Virus record (IMG/VR): IMGVR_UViG_3300030329_002114
Location: 1 to 64,000 of that record
Length of the DNA stretch: 64,000 nt
Origin: a virus
Direction: 5' to 3' (one strand)
The notes below the pieces were generated by a model that saw only the letters and a list, made by a program, of their open reading frames with translations, searched no databases and was not told the origin of the DNA. Made by a program: the position numbers and the translations under genes. Shown here piece after piece: positions 28,396-38,670 of this stretch (the first letter of the stretch is position 1; every line of letters starts with the position of its first letter).

Positions 28396-28776
28396 CTATC
28401 GTACCAGCTTAGCGATACGCTTGCTGAAAGCACCCAAAGACGGGTTACGAGGGGGTTCTTTGGTAAACCCGATTCTATAGCCAACGACCTCCTCACCAGA
28501 ACGCTTATCAACATAAGCTGACGGACTATCTTTGACCTCACCACGCCACTTAAGATTATCACGCAAGGTTTGCATCTGGGCAACGATAGCTGGAATCTCA
28601 GCTTTATCCTCATCACCGATGAATACTGAGATAGACCCAGCATTGTTAACGATGTTGGTAAGCTCCTCATCAGATAAATCCTCAATAGGCTTATCAGGAA
28701 TTACCTTTACCCAAGGTTCACTTTGGAGAGCATCATAGCGTGTAAAACGCATTGTTAGGTTAGTTACTAGACTCAT
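28396..28776 (-). CDS. first gene of the leftward early region, hypothetical
   Basis: 126 aa; AAGGA RBS; higher GC than surroundings; own terminator. Confidence 0.65.
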   Translation of the reverse strand: MSLVTNLTMRFTRYDALQSEPWVKVIPDKPIEDLSDEELTNIVNNAGSISVFIGDEDKAEIPAIVAQMQTLRDNLKWRGEVKDSPSAYVDKRSGEEVVGYRIGFTKEPPRNPSLGAFSKRIAKLVR

Positions 28777-29002
28777 TGTACATCCTTTTTGTTATGTTAA
28801 AGAAAATATTTCCTAGAAGAACTAGGGGACGCTCAACAAGGGCTGAGGTACAGGCTAGACACCTTTTCTCAACGAAAAGTATAGGGTATAGCCCTGTACC
28901 GAAGGGGGGTCGGGGTACTGTATATCTCCCACACACATTCTACACTAAATTTTTGAGATTGGGGCGTAGAGAATCCCCCATAGTCATCTATACTTTCAGT
29001 CT

Positions 29003-29200
29003 ATGAAAACTGATAAAATGGCTCCATTAGAGAAAATGAACCCTCAAACGGGTAAATTTGAGAAAGTATACGAATTAACAGAAGATGCCATACGGATATT
29101 GAACATATTTGATGCTGAACAGAGGATAATGGAGCGTATATTTCAGATACAGGATTGGAGATACGGACTTAAAGGAGTACAGCATATAGAATACGACTGA
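29003..29200 (+). CDS. hypothetical protein
   Basis: 65-aa ORF ahead of the terminase genes. Confidence 0.5.
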   Translation: MKTDKMAPLEKMNPQTGKFEKVYELTEDAIRILNIFDAEQRIMERIFQIQDWRYGLKGVQHIEYD

Positions 29201-29210
29201 ATGCAGGGAT

Positions 29211-29293
29211 TACTATACTGTATAATATTATGCTGTATAATAGTCTGTATAGTTACTATACAGTAAAATATACTATTACAGTACAGTTGTCAA
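29211..29293. promoter_or_regulatory. CTGTATA-repeat region with a possible leftward sigma70 promoter
   Basis: CTGTATA at 29218, 29233, 29245 and inverted at 29257; minus-strand TTGACA (29293-29288), 17 bp, TATTTT (29270-29265). Confidence 0.4.
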
Positions 29294-29316
29294 GTCAGTA
29301 TATATATTTATACTAG

Positions 29317-30093
29317 ATGGATTTTATAACTAGAAAATTTAAAAAGAATGAATACAGAAATGTCACTTACCCTGTGTACTCTAAAGAAGAAGCAAGTAAT
29401 AGAGAAATAGAGTATAAGTCTTGGAAGGAGTGCAAGGAGGGTGACTATGGTATTAGTGATGATGGATATATTGCTGAATGTATCTATCGAAAGCAGTATA
29501 AGGACGTAGATCAAGTTACATTTCCTTACGGGAGACAATGGGTGAATAAGTCCAGATTGGAGTATCTGCCTCATAGAAGTGCGGGGCAGTACTCTCAGGT
29601 AGGTGTTAGACCTTGGCACGAGCAAGAAGCTAAGAAAACTCGTACTAAGAATGTTGTAAAAGCTTATGCTGCAATGATGTTGGGTGGGAATAAGATAGAT
29701 TGGAACTTACTTGGTAAAATATACAGAAAAGATCAAGAAAGACCCGATTTAACTGCTCGCAGATTATTTAAAACAGAGAGGATTCAGAAAATGCTGGATG
29801 ATGAGATACAAAAAGCCTTAAAAGATAGAGATATTGCTCAAGGGGATGTCCTAGATATGCTATTAGGGGCTATAGAAATAGCTAAAGAGAACAAAGACCC
29901 TTCAAATATGTTAAGAGGTGCTGAACAATTTGTTAAAATACTTGATATGCTACCTAAAAAGAGTATGACTACGGATACAGTACAAATAGATATGTCCAAT
30001 ACCATACTGGATCAGATTGCAACAGAAGAAAAAAAGAGCCTAAAAATGTCTCAAAAGAAGGAACTTCCCTATGAAAAGCCACAAGAAGCTTAA
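29317..30093 (+). CDS. terS: putative terminase small subunit
   Basis: Upstream of terL; helical C-terminal half (TARRLFK..IQKML..., GAEQFVKILDM). Confidence 0.6.
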   Translation: MDFITRKFKKNEYRNVTYPVYSKEEASNREIEYKSWKECKEGDYGISDDGYIAECIYRKQYKDVDQVTFPYGRQWVNKSRLEYLPHRSAGQYSQVGVRPWHEQEAKKTRTKNVVKAYAAMMLGGNKIDWNLLGKIYRKDQERPDLTARRLFKTERIQKMLDDEIQKALKDRDIAQGDVLDMLLGAIEIAKENKDPSNMLRGAEQFVKILDMLPKKSMTTDTVQIDMSNTILDQIATEEKKSLKMSQKKELPYEKPQEA

Positions 30094-30235
30094 AAAGACT
30101 GTAATCATTAAGGCGAGTGACAAAAATAAAGAGAAATTATCTTCATTTATGAATGTGCTAAAGGCAGTAGCTGAAGATATGGGCTTAGAAGTCGCTGACG
30201 CTGATGTAAATACCCTAGTTGGCTCCGATTATTAG
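30071..30235 (+). CDS. 54-aa hypothetical protein (MKSHKKLKKTVII...)
   Basis: Fills the terS-terL gap; TAG overlaps the terL GTG; not in the track. Confidence 0.55.
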   Translation: MKSHKKLKKTVIIKASDKNKEKLSSFMNVLKAVAEDMGLEVADADVNTLVGSDY

Positions 30236-31725
30236 TGTCTGATAAGAAAAGAATAGAAATAGCCTCTAAATTGAGGCACGATATGGTCTTATTTGGCAAA
30301 ATATGTATGTCAAATATGTTTGCGGTCAATTCTCCCAAGTTTCATTATGAGATTGCTGAACAGCTACTCAATCCCGATAAAAAACAAATCAATATTGTAG
30401 CACCCAGAGGACACGCTAAGTCTTCTATAGTAGGTGGTATATTCCCCTTACACCATTTAATGTATGGAGAAGGACAGAAATTGGTTGTATTGGTGTCTAG
30501 GACTCAAGATCATGCAGTTAAGCTCTTAGGTCTTCTAAAGGATACAATGGATTACTCTGAAGCGTTTCGCTCCATATTTGGCTACTGGGGGCAACATAGT
30601 GCTAGAAGCTGGTCTAAGTCCGAAATTGAATTAAAAGACGGTTCTATGGTTATCTGTAAGGGTACAGGGCAACAATTGAGAGGTATTAAGGTTGGGAATC
30701 AAAGACCTACACTAATTATAGTAGATGATCCTGAAGATGAAAATAATACCAAAACAGCTGAAGCTATGGAAAATAACCTGAGATGGCTTCTTCAAAGCGC
30801 AGTTCCCTCATTAGACCCTATGAAGGGTAGAATTGTCATAATTGGTACACCTCAGCATCAAAGATGTATGGTAGAAACCTTAAAAGGGATGCACGGATGG
30901 AAAAACTTAACCTTTAAGCCCGATTTCGATAAAAATATTGCTCTTTGGGAAGACTGGTGGAGCATTGAAAAGCTTCTTGAAAAGAAAAAAGAATTAGAAT
31001 CTATTAATAGGCTATCTGTATTCTATAGAGAATATGCTTGTGAAATTGTAGGGGATGAGGACCAACTTTTTAAAGCAGATGACTTTAGGTATTACGATGG
31101 TGACTTTATTCGTAAAAAAGGCAAGAGTTATTTAAGGATTACCTCGTTAGATGGTGAAAAATGCGATAAAATGGTTCCTGTAAATGTATTTACGGGGGTC
31201 GATCCCGCTTCAAGTGTAAAAAGAGGAGCAGATTATTCCGTTATTTACAATTTAGCAGTTGATGACGAAGATAATCGGTATTCCTTACCTTATTACAGAA
31301 AACACGCTACTCCACTTACTTTAGCAGAAGCAATTGTAAACAATTTTAGACGATACCGCTCTGAGAAAACAAGGATAGAGTCTGTAGGGTATCAGGAAAT
31401 GTTAAGAGAATATGTCTTAAAAAGATCTAGAGATGAAAATTTATTCATACCTGGGCTGAATATTAAAGAAAACCCTAGAACCTCTAAAAGCAACCGCCTA
31501 GAGTCTCTTCAGCCCATATTTGCTAACCATAAGATGTTTTTAAAGGAAGATCAGCAAGATTTGATCAATGAGTTGTTACTTTTCCCTAGAGGTAAGCACG
31601 ATGACCTTCTAGATGGTTTATTTTATGCTAATAAAGGTTCTTACATACCTCATCATAAGTATGAAGATGCTCCACTTGTAACCAAAGGCATACGAAATAT
31701 ATTTAGTGATTGGCAATTAGTTTAA
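30235..31725 (+). CDS. terL: terminase large subunit
   Basis: APRGHAKS Walker A, IIVDD Walker B, IGTP, GVDPA and HDDLLD nuclease motifs. Confidence 0.93.
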   Translation: MSDKKRIEIASKLRHDMVLFGKICMSNMFAVNSPKFHYEIAEQLLNPDKKQINIVAPRGHAKSSIVGGIFPLHHLMYGEGQKLVVLVSRTQDHAVKLLGLLKDTMDYSEAFRSIFGYWGQHSARSWSKSEIELKDGSMVICKGTGQQLRGIKVGNQRPTLIIVDDPEDENNTKTAEAMENNLRWLLQSAVPSLDPMKGRIVIIGTPQHQRCMVETLKGMHGWKNLTFKPDFDKNIALWEDWWSIEKLLEKKKELESINRLSVFYREYACEIVGDEDQLFKADDFRYYDGDFIRKKGKSYLRITSLDGEKCDKMVPVNVFTGVDPASSVKRGADYSVIYNLAVDDEDNRYSLPYYRKHATPLTLAEAIVNNFRRYRSEKTRIESVGYQEMLREYVLKRSRDENLFIPGLNIKENPRTSKSNRLESLQPIFANHKMFLKEDQQDLINELLLFPRGKHDDLLDGLFYANKGSYIPHHKYEDAPLVTKGIRNIFSDWQLV

Positions 31726-31789
31726 AATAGGGCGTTGAGGATCGGAAATTATTCTCGATAATATTACCGCCGTAATTACTTAGTAATAT

Positions 31790-33964
31790 ATGGCACACGA
31801 GAGACACCCCGAAGTAACCAAGTCAGAAAAGTTGCTTGACAACTATCACGAAGGCAGAGCCATGTGGGCAACTCAAGCAATGGAAGATGATGAATTCCGT
31901 AATAATCAGCAATGGAAGAGTGAACATAAGAGAGTTTTAGCTGATCGTTCACAAGTCCCTATTGTTGATAATATAATATATCCCGCAGTAGAACAAGCCA
32001 AAGCACTTCTTACAGCTAATAAACCAAAATTTCAGTCTGCAGGCAGAGATGATTCCGACAATAAAGTTGGTCGTCTGTTTTCAGATATTATGGCATATAT
32101 ATGGGATATTTCTAATGGGAATGTTGAGTTAAAACAAGTTGTTGATGATTACTATGTAAAAGGTATGGGGGTCATGCAGACCTATGTAGATGGGATGGCT
32201 GATTTTGGTCGGGGTGAGATCAAGATAAAAAGCATCGATCCCCTTGACCTATATCTAGACCCAAATGCAAAAGACCCATTTGCTAGGGACTCAGCTTGTA
32301 TGATTGTTTCAAAGCGCATCACAGATGAGCAAATAAAAACAATGTATCCATCTATGGCAGATCAGTTGGATGATATGATGACATCATCTTCTAATAATAG
32401 ATACCCAAGCACAACAAGAGAAGGGTCAGAAGATCAAAAGATAGGACCAACTGAGGACGATGATGGATACTATCGCCATTATGAAGTCATAGATCGCTAT
32501 GAAAAAGTTAAACTTCCTTATTTCCACTTGTTAGATACTTTAACAGGTGAAGAGAATATAATGAATGAAGAAGGCTTTAGTGAATTTGCTCAAGAACCTG
32601 CAGTCTTTATGGAAAATGCTCAAGGGGTTCAACCCGTAACTGAGCAAAAAGCAGTTTCAGAATTGTTACAAATTTATGAGGCTACAGGTGGTGTTTATCA
32701 TATGATGCCTGATCCAGTTACAGGTCAGCCTTCTATAATGCCGGGCGAAGAACACGAGGGAGCTATACCGAATTCAACGACAAGAATTACCCCTGTAACA
32801 AAAAAAGAAATGATTGAAGAAGGTGTAATTGTTCTTAATCAGGTAATGACAGACAGAATTGAAAGGGTTCTTTCTGTTGGGGGAATCTTATTAGATCATA
32901 GCATTATGGATATTAACGAATATCCAATTGTGCCACTTATGAATAGGCACAACAGAAACCCATATCCAATGAGCGATGTGAGGTTTGTAAAGCCTATTCA
33001 AGAGTACATAAACAAATTAACATCTTTAATTATTGCTCACGCATCCAGTTCTACAAATACAAAGCTTCTGATTCCTAGAGGGTCAATGGACAGAAAGCAA
33101 TTAGAGCAAGAATGGTCAAGAGCGGGTACAGGGGTCATTGAATACGACCCTGAATTAGGACAGCCTATAGTAGCGGGTCCTATACCTCTCCCTAATGAGC
33201 TTTATAAAAATAAAGAAGATGCAAAGTCAAGCATTTATCATATTCTAGGGATTCATCCTTTATCACAAGGTGATCCAAGCGCTGCTCCACAAACATATAA
33301 AGGAACAGTAGCTATTGATGAGTATGCCCAACGCAGAATCAAGTCTAAGTTAGATGATATTGATGAGATGTTAAATCAGATCGGTAAAGTGGTGGTACAG
33401 ATGGTACAGCAGACATATACAGACGAAAAAATCGTTAGACTAATGAAGCCAGATGGTAGAACAAGTGTGGCAGTTCTAAATAGACCAGTATACGATGATT
33501 TTACTGGTGAGATTGTAGGTCGTGTCAATGATGTCACTATAGGTAAGTACGATCTAATTGTGGTAAGTGGTTCTACGCTACCATCTAATCGTTGGGCAAG
33601 ATTTGATTACTATATGCAACTATATCAAGCAGGTATTATAGACCAAGTTGAAATATTAGAACAAACTGAAGTTGCAGACACGGAAGGCGTACTTGAAAGA
33701 ACATCTATTATCCAGCAACAGCAGTCAATGATTCAGCAACTTCAAGAAGAATTAAAGAAGATTAAAGGCGATCTTCAAACGACAGAACGTGAAAGTGTTC
33801 ACGACAAGAAACGTGTCGAAATAGAAAAATTTAAACGTCAGTTAGGTAGAGCTAGTGACAAAACAGCTAAAGCAGTTGAATTGTATGAGGCTCGATTGAA
33901 TGACCTACTGAAAACGGAACGGGAAGAAGAAGCAGAAACTCAAACCCCGGTTGCTGTCGGATAG
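31790..33964 (+). CDS. portal protein (P22-like)
   Basis: 724 aa after terL; NNQQW, NIIYPAVE, IDPLDLYLDP, YPIVP motifs; C-terminal coiled coil. Confidence 0.85.
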   Translation: MAHERHPEVTKSEKLLDNYHEGRAMWATQAMEDDEFRNNQQWKSEHKRVLADRSQVPIVDNIIYPAVEQAKALLTANKPKFQSAGRDDSDNKVGRLFSDIMAYIWDISNGNVELKQVVDDYYVKGMGVMQTYVDGMADFGRGEIKIKSIDPLDLYLDPNAKDPFARDSACMIVSKRITDEQIKTMYPSMADQLDDMMTSSSNNRYPSTTREGSEDQKIGPTEDDDGYYRHYEVIDRYEKVKLPYFHLLDTLTGEENIMNEEGFSEFAQEPAVFMENAQGVQPVTEQKAVSELLQIYEATGGVYHMMPDPVTGQPSIMPGEEHEGAIPNSTTRITPVTKKEMIEEGVIVLNQVMTDRIERVLSVGGILLDHSIMDINEYPIVPLMNRHNRNPYPMSDVRFVKPIQEYINKLTSLIIAHASSSTNTKLLIPRGSMDRKQLEQEWSRAGTGVIEYDPELGQPIVAGPIPLPNELYKNKEDAKSSIYHILGIHPLSQGDPSAAPQTYKGTVAIDEYAQRRIKSKLDDIDEMLNQIGKVVVQMVQQTYTDEKIVRLMKPDGRTSVAVLNRPVYDDFTGEIVGRVNDVTIGKYDLIVVSGSTLPSNRWARFDYYMQLYQAGIIDQVEILEQTEVADTEGVLERTSIIQQQQSMIQQLQEELKKIKGDLQTTERESVHDKKRVEIEKFKRQLGRASDKTAKAVELYEARLNDLLKTEREEEAETQTPVAVG

Positions 33965-33982
33965 ACAAATCGGAAGGAGAAG

Positions 33983-34900
33983 ATGATAATGGAAGATCAA
34001 GTACAAGATGTCGTTGCTGAGGAAACTACAAACGACAACGCAGGTAACGAGAACGTAACTGACGTTCTAGAACCGTTTAGCCCAGATTTCAATCCTGAAA
34101 CGGGGCGATATACGGGAGAGCAAAAGGTTGAAACTGAGCAACCTGTAGCAGAGCAAGAGGCTGAACCTCAAGAGCAACGCTACGAATATTGGCAAAGTAA
34201 ATATGATCAGAAGGCGAGTGAGTACAACAGAATGGAAGAAAGGATAAAAGAACTTGAAACTGTGGAGCCTATAGCAAAGCACATCAAGGACAATCCTTGG
34301 ATTCTTGATAATGTTGCATCATCACTCTCTGGTAATTCCCCTAAGGTTGCCGGGCAACCCGAATCTCAGGGCTTACCAAAGAAACCCGAAAGACCTAGTA
34401 AGCCAAGCAATTATGATCCATCAGAAGCATATATGGATCCTGAATCAGCCAGCTTTAAATATCGTGATGCACTCGATAATTACCGTGAAGACTTGGTTAG
34501 CTACCAAGAGAATATGGAAATACATCGAAATCAAGAAGCTGAAAAGCAATATCAATTGCAACAACAACAGCAACAACAAGCTATGGCAGTTCAGCAACGA
34601 GAAGCTATGCAGAGAAACTTAATGGAGAACTATAATTACACCCCCGAAAGAGCGGGTGAGTTTATTAAATATTATTCTTCTCCCGATAGTATATCTCTAG
34701 AGAATCTAGTTGCTTTAGACAGAATCAGGAATGCTCCAAGTACCGCTGAGGTGGATACGAGACAGAAGGCTGAGATGATGAAGAATCGTCAAAATCGGGT
34801 AAATATTCCTCCCCCTCCAAGTGTTGGTGGTGGAGAGAATCAACCTCAATACACAGACGAAGACTTATTTAATCTTAGCTTGATGCAAAAAAAAAGATAG
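33983..34900 (+). CDS. capsid scaffolding protein
   Basis: Acidic N-terminus, YWQSKYD coiled coil; between portal and capsid genes. Confidence 0.7.
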   Translation: MIMEDQVQDVVAEETTNDNAGNENVTDVLEPFSPDFNPETGRYTGEQKVETEQPVAEQEAEPQEQRYEYWQSKYDQKASEYNRMEERIKELETVEPIAKHIKDNPWILDNVASSLSGNSPKVAGQPESQGLPKKPERPSKPSNYDPSEAYMDPESASFKYRDALDNYREDLVSYQENMEIHRNQEAEKQYQLQQQQQQQAMAVQQREAMQRNLMENYNYTPERAGEFIKYYSSPDSISLENLVALDRIRNAPSTAEVDTRQKAEMMKNRQNRVNIPPPPSVGGGENQPQYTDEDLFNLSLMQKKR

Positions 34901-34977
34901 ATGGTTTAACGAAATAATCTAGAGCAACTCGATACAATTGAATTTGAGTTCTTCTAGGTTTAGGAGGATATAATAAT

Positions 34978-36285
34978 ATGGCAAGTAATGCCAAAGTAAT
35001 GACTCATACGGGTGTCTTATATAGTGATCGTAGAGATTTTTATATACGCCCTAATGTAGTTAAGGAACTGTGGACCGATGTTGCGCCTTTCACAACTGTG
35101 ATTGCAAATCAAAACACTATGACTGGAATGGCTGATCCGCAGTTTAAAATGTTTGAACACCGCAACCCCTGGGCAAAGCAATACGCTCAAGTTCATTCAG
35201 ATGCAAATAATCAAGCGTTTGATGCAGATAATGCTGAAGATGATCTAGAAATAAAGGCTGGTTCTATTGTAGGGATGGAAGGTGAAGGTACTAGAACTTC
35301 TTATGACAGTCATATAGGCTTAATGCTTGAAGTGTGGGATTCAACCAAGACAACCAAAAGAGGAGTTCTTCTTATCACCGATAAAGGCACAAACAAGTGG
35401 GTTTGTAAAAATATGGGTGATGCAACAGTTACTACTTCAACAGATGATTATTTATTTGTAGTTGGAAACGCTTATGGTGAAGGAACTAATGCTGGAACTG
35501 CATGGAGCGATGAGCTAGCTGTAGTTTATAATCAATGTCAGATATTTAAAACACCACTGCAAATCACAGGTACTCTTTTAGAGGCTTCTTTGCGTGGAGA
35601 ATCATCTGAATTGGCTAGACTTCGTGAGCAAAAATCACAAGAGCATAAGGTTCAAAAAGAAAGAGCTTTCTTATTTGGTCGCTCACCAATTAATACAAGC
35701 GGCGGGTTTAATGATAACTCTTTAAGTGACACAAATGGTAATGTTGTTCGATCAACAATGGGTATTATCCCAGCAATTGAGAAGCACGGTGCTTCTTCAG
35801 GTGACGATCAGAATATATTCGAAATTTCTGAGGCTAGTTATAGCTATGGAAGTTTTGTAGATGATATGGAAAAAGTTTTCCAATATGTTCCTGAAGCTGG
35901 TATAAAACGTGCTTTCTGCGGAATGGGTGCTATGAGTTACTGGTCAAAAATGGCGGGTAGTTCAGGTTTGGCTGGAAACTCTGGTTGGACAGTAAATCTT
36001 GCAGATATGAAACGCGATTCATTGGGATTTAATTACAGAACCTTAGAGACACCTCACGGGGCGTTGCAGTTGATTCCAACTCCAGTCCTTAGAGATGCTT
36101 ACAACAAAACAATGCTTGTTGTTTCTGATGATAATCTCTTTCACGCTCAATACAGAGCGCCAAAGTTCCAAGCGAATATCTTAACGGATGATGCTTACGA
36201 TGGCGTAAAAGATCAATATTTTTCTGATGAAGGTATTGGTGTAAGTCTGATTGAAAGTCATAAGAAATTTTCCATCGTAGCATAA
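34978..36285 (+). CDS. major capsid protein (HK97 fold, DUF5309/SU10-like)
   Basis: APFTT, GNAYGEG, NQCQIFK, ERAFLFG, ETPHG motifs; strong AGGAGG RBS. Confidence 0.85.
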   Translation: MASNAKVMTHTGVLYSDRRDFYIRPNVVKELWTDVAPFTTVIANQNTMTGMADPQFKMFEHRNPWAKQYAQVHSDANNQAFDADNAEDDLEIKAGSIVGMEGEGTRTSYDSHIGLMLEVWDSTKTTKRGVLLITDKGTNKWVCKNMGDATVTTSTDDYLFVVGNAYGEGTNAGTAWSDELAVVYNQCQIFKTPLQITGTLLEASLRGESSELARLREQKSQEHKVQKERAFLFGRSPINTSGGFNDNSLSDTNGNVVRSTMGIIPAIEKHGASSGDDQNIFEISEASYSYGSFVDDMEKVFQYVPEAGIKRAFCGMGAMSYWSKMAGSSGLAGNSGWTVNLADMKRDSLGFNYRTLETPHGALQLIPTPVLRDAYNKTMLVVSDDNLFHAQYRAPKFQANILTDDAYDGVKDQYFSDEGIGVSLIESHKKFSIVA

Positions 36286-36297
36286 GGGAGGTTATTT

Positions 36298-36708
36298 ATG
36301 GCTAGACCTTATTTAGGTGGTTCGAATGCAGGTATAAAAGCGGTAAGTGCTGATGTGACATTACAACCTGCAGATTCTGGTAAAAAAATAGTTGTTGATG
36401 CAAGCGCAGCAGCAAACTTTACAATTACTTTACCAGCAACTGCATCCAGCAAAGGTTTTGAGTACGATATAGTTCTTGGAGTGGCAAGCAATGCTGCTGC
36501 AGAAGTGTTGGTTACTTCAGATACAAATATTGTTGGAGGGGTAATACTAAATGGCACGGGGGCAGTTACTGCAATAACATCTGGTGCAAGCAGAGGATTT
36601 GGAGATGCTTCAGACGCTGGTTCGCGTATGCACATAGTTTGCGATGGTTCACAATGGATTATCTTAAATGCAAATAGCGATGTAGCATTTGTTACTGCAT
36701 TCTCTTAA
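36298..36708 (+). CDS. putative capsid decoration protein
   Basis: Ala/Gly-rich beta protein after the capsid gene; TLQPADSGK, ITLPA, CDGSQW. Confidence 0.55.
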   Translation: MARPYLGGSNAGIKAVSADVTLQPADSGKKIVVDASAAANFTITLPATASSKGFEYDIVLGVASNAAAEVLVTSDTNIVGGVILNGTGAVTAITSGASRGFGDASDAGSRMHIVCDGSQWIILNANSDVAFVTAFS

Positions 36709-36730
36709 TCGAGATAACTAAACAAAACGT

Positions 36731-36757
36731 GTTGGGGGGGCTTAATGCCCCTCCAAT
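36731..36757 (+). terminator. hairpin after the capsid genes
   Basis: TTGGGGGGGC-TTAAT-GCCCCTCCAA; U-tract weak. Confidence 0.45.
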
Positions 36758-36769
36758 ATCGGAGATAAT

Positions 36770-37111
36770 ATGACACAAAAACAGATGATAGAATTGGTTC
36801 AGCAACATCATCCCGATATGGGGCAAACTGAAGCACGGATTCATTTAGGTCACGCATTAAGAGATTTTTGTGCAAAATCTAGAATATTGAAAAAAACATA
36901 CAGATTAACAGTAGCAACTAATAGTACAACGGGAAATGCTAATACTTATTATCCTTTTACAGGTTTAGCTGATCTTGCGGATACGTCTACTACAGACGGA
37001 GAAAGAATTTTAGAAATTGAAAGAGTAGATTATGATGGATATGAAATACCAAGGATTATTGATGGTCATGAAAAATTTATTCCAGATGGTGAGGCTGTAG
37101 GTAATTTCTAA
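36770..37111 (+). CDS. putative head-tail adaptor protein
   Basis: Position; ALRDFCAKSRIL motif. Confidence 0.5.
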   Translation: MTQKQMIELVQQHHPDMGQTEARIHLGHALRDFCAKSRILKKTYRLTVATNSTTGNANTYYPFTGLADLADTSTTDGERILEIERVDYDGYEIPRIIDGHEKFIPDGEAVGNF

Positions 37112-37524
37112 TGAGTGATAAAAAAAATGCAGAAAAAAAAGTATGGTGGATTCATAACAATAAAAGTATAGGACTCGCTCAAAGAACTGAAAATACTGAT
37201 GGTTCAAAGTATTCTGCTATAGCATCATCTGACGTTGGTAAGTATGCGTACATCCAAGCGATTGTAATGGATGAGGGATTTGGAAAAGTAGATACACCTG
37301 ATGGTTCAATAGGTATGTTAGAATCTCCAAATATACCCGAGGAATTCCACGAAGCTTTAACCTATTATGTTATTGCCAAGGGGTATGAAAAAACACCTGA
37401 AGGAAAGGGCTTAAATCAAGCTATGTACTTTAGAAGGCTTTATAAAGAATTGGTTAACGAAGCTAAGAAAAATTCAAACAGAGAAAAATCGGGTGTTTAC
37501 TCGGTGAAAGGGTATGATTTTTAA
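37111..37524 (+). CDS. putative head-tail adaptor protein
   Basis: PNIPEEFHEALTYYVIAKGY motif typical of adaptor C-termini. Confidence 0.55.
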   Translation: MSDKKNAEKKVWWIHNNKSIGLAQRTENTDGSKYSAIASSDVGKYAYIQAIVMDEGFGKVDTPDGSIGMLESPNIPEEFHEALTYYVIAKGYEKTPEGKGLNQAMYFRRLYKELVNEAKKNSNREKSGVYSVKGYDF

Positions 37525-38249
37525 TGTCGTATTCACTTTCAATAAGTTTTAAAACTGGAATAGAAGATTTAATAGGAGCTGTTGGTGATGATGATTTAAT
37601 AACTCAAGCTATTAGACAAGCTGGTGCTGATGTAATTAATGCTATGCCACATCAGTCATTAGCTAGATACACTAGAACAGCAGCAATTACTACAGGGTCA
37701 GATGGAATTAGTATTAGAGATTACCACGTAATTTCTGTTGATAAAGACAATCATCAAGCAAAACAAATTCCCGTATCTGATAAAGCAAAATACAACGATG
37801 TAAATTCTATATACGGGGCAGTTAACACTGATCCTGTGTACTACATAAAAAATGAAACTTTGTATGTTATAGGAAATGCGGGGTCAAGTGAAACAACTGC
37901 AAATGTAAACTACATACCTATTATGCCAGTATCGGATGTTAGTATGAATACATCTTTAGAACACGGTTCTACTCAAGATTTCAATTTTCCGCAAGAATGC
38001 GATCATTTATTAATAATAGGTGGTGCTATGTACTGTTTAAATAGGTTGATTTCAGATGCAGTTACTCAAATGAAAACTTATGTCAATACAGATGAAGATG
38101 TTGAACTGGCAAATGCTCAACAAGGAATTATTGACAGATATACTGCTTTAAAGCAGTCTTTAACTCAAGATTATAATTTAAAATTACAAATATTTTTAAA
38201 CCAAGACACCCATGAGAGGAGTCAAGCTCGGGAAGGTGTCGTAGCTTAG
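37524..38249 (+). CDS. putative tail ring/adaptor protein
   Basis: DPVYYI and FPQECDHLLIIG motifs; position. Confidence 0.5.
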   Translation: MSYSLSISFKTGIEDLIGAVGDDDLITQAIRQAGADVINAMPHQSLARYTRTAAITTGSDGISIRDYHVISVDKDNHQAKQIPVSDKAKYNDVNSIYGAVNTDPVYYIKNETLYVIGNAGSSETTANVNYIPIMPVSDVSMNTSLEHGSTQDFNFPQECDHLLIIGGAMYCLNRLISDAVTQMKTYVNTDEDVELANAQQGIIDRYTALKQSLTQDYNLKLQIFLNQDTHERSQAREGVVA

Positions 38250-38259
38250 GAGAAACAAG

Positions 38260-38535
38260 ATGGCTGAATTACAAAAATATTCCGTAAAGGAATCACTAAA
38301 TCAATTATTATACGATAGCGCAGTAGCAGTCTCCCCTGATAATGACAATGATGTAACTGGAGCTCCATACAAAGCATTATATGTAGGTGTCGGAGGAGAT
38401 GTTGCGTTAGACTTAAATAATAGCGGTGAGGCTATTGTATTTAAAAATCTAGCAAGTGGTCAGGTATTACCCGTTGTTTTTGATAGGGTAGACGCTACAG
38501 GAACAACTGCAACCAATTTAATAGCGTTGAAATAA
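38260..38535 (+). CDS. spike-base protein (RcGTA Rcc01079-like)
   Basis: ALYVGVGGDV...FKNLASGQVLPV...RVDATGTTATNLIAL pattern. Confidence 0.65.
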   Translation: MAELQKYSVKESLNQLLYDSAVAVSPDNDNDVTGAPYKALYVGVGGDVALDLNNSGEAIVFKNLASGQVLPVVFDRVDATGTTATNLIALK

Positions 38536-38666
38536 TGCTAGGGGCAATCAGACAAGTAGCTGTGAACTTTGTTCAGACAATATTAGATGCTGGATGGGGT
38601 GGGGCAGAAGCAATTATGCTTAAATGGGAGGAAACAAAAACCAATTGGGAAGATTTAACGGGATAA
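38535..38666 (+). CDS. 43-aa Trp-containing structural peptide
   Basis: ATG overlaps the upstream stop; ends WEETKTNWEDLTG; not in the track. Confidence 0.5.
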   Translation: MLGAIRQVAVNFVQTILDAGWGGAEAIMLKWEETKTNWEDLTG

Positions 38667-38670
38667 TATT

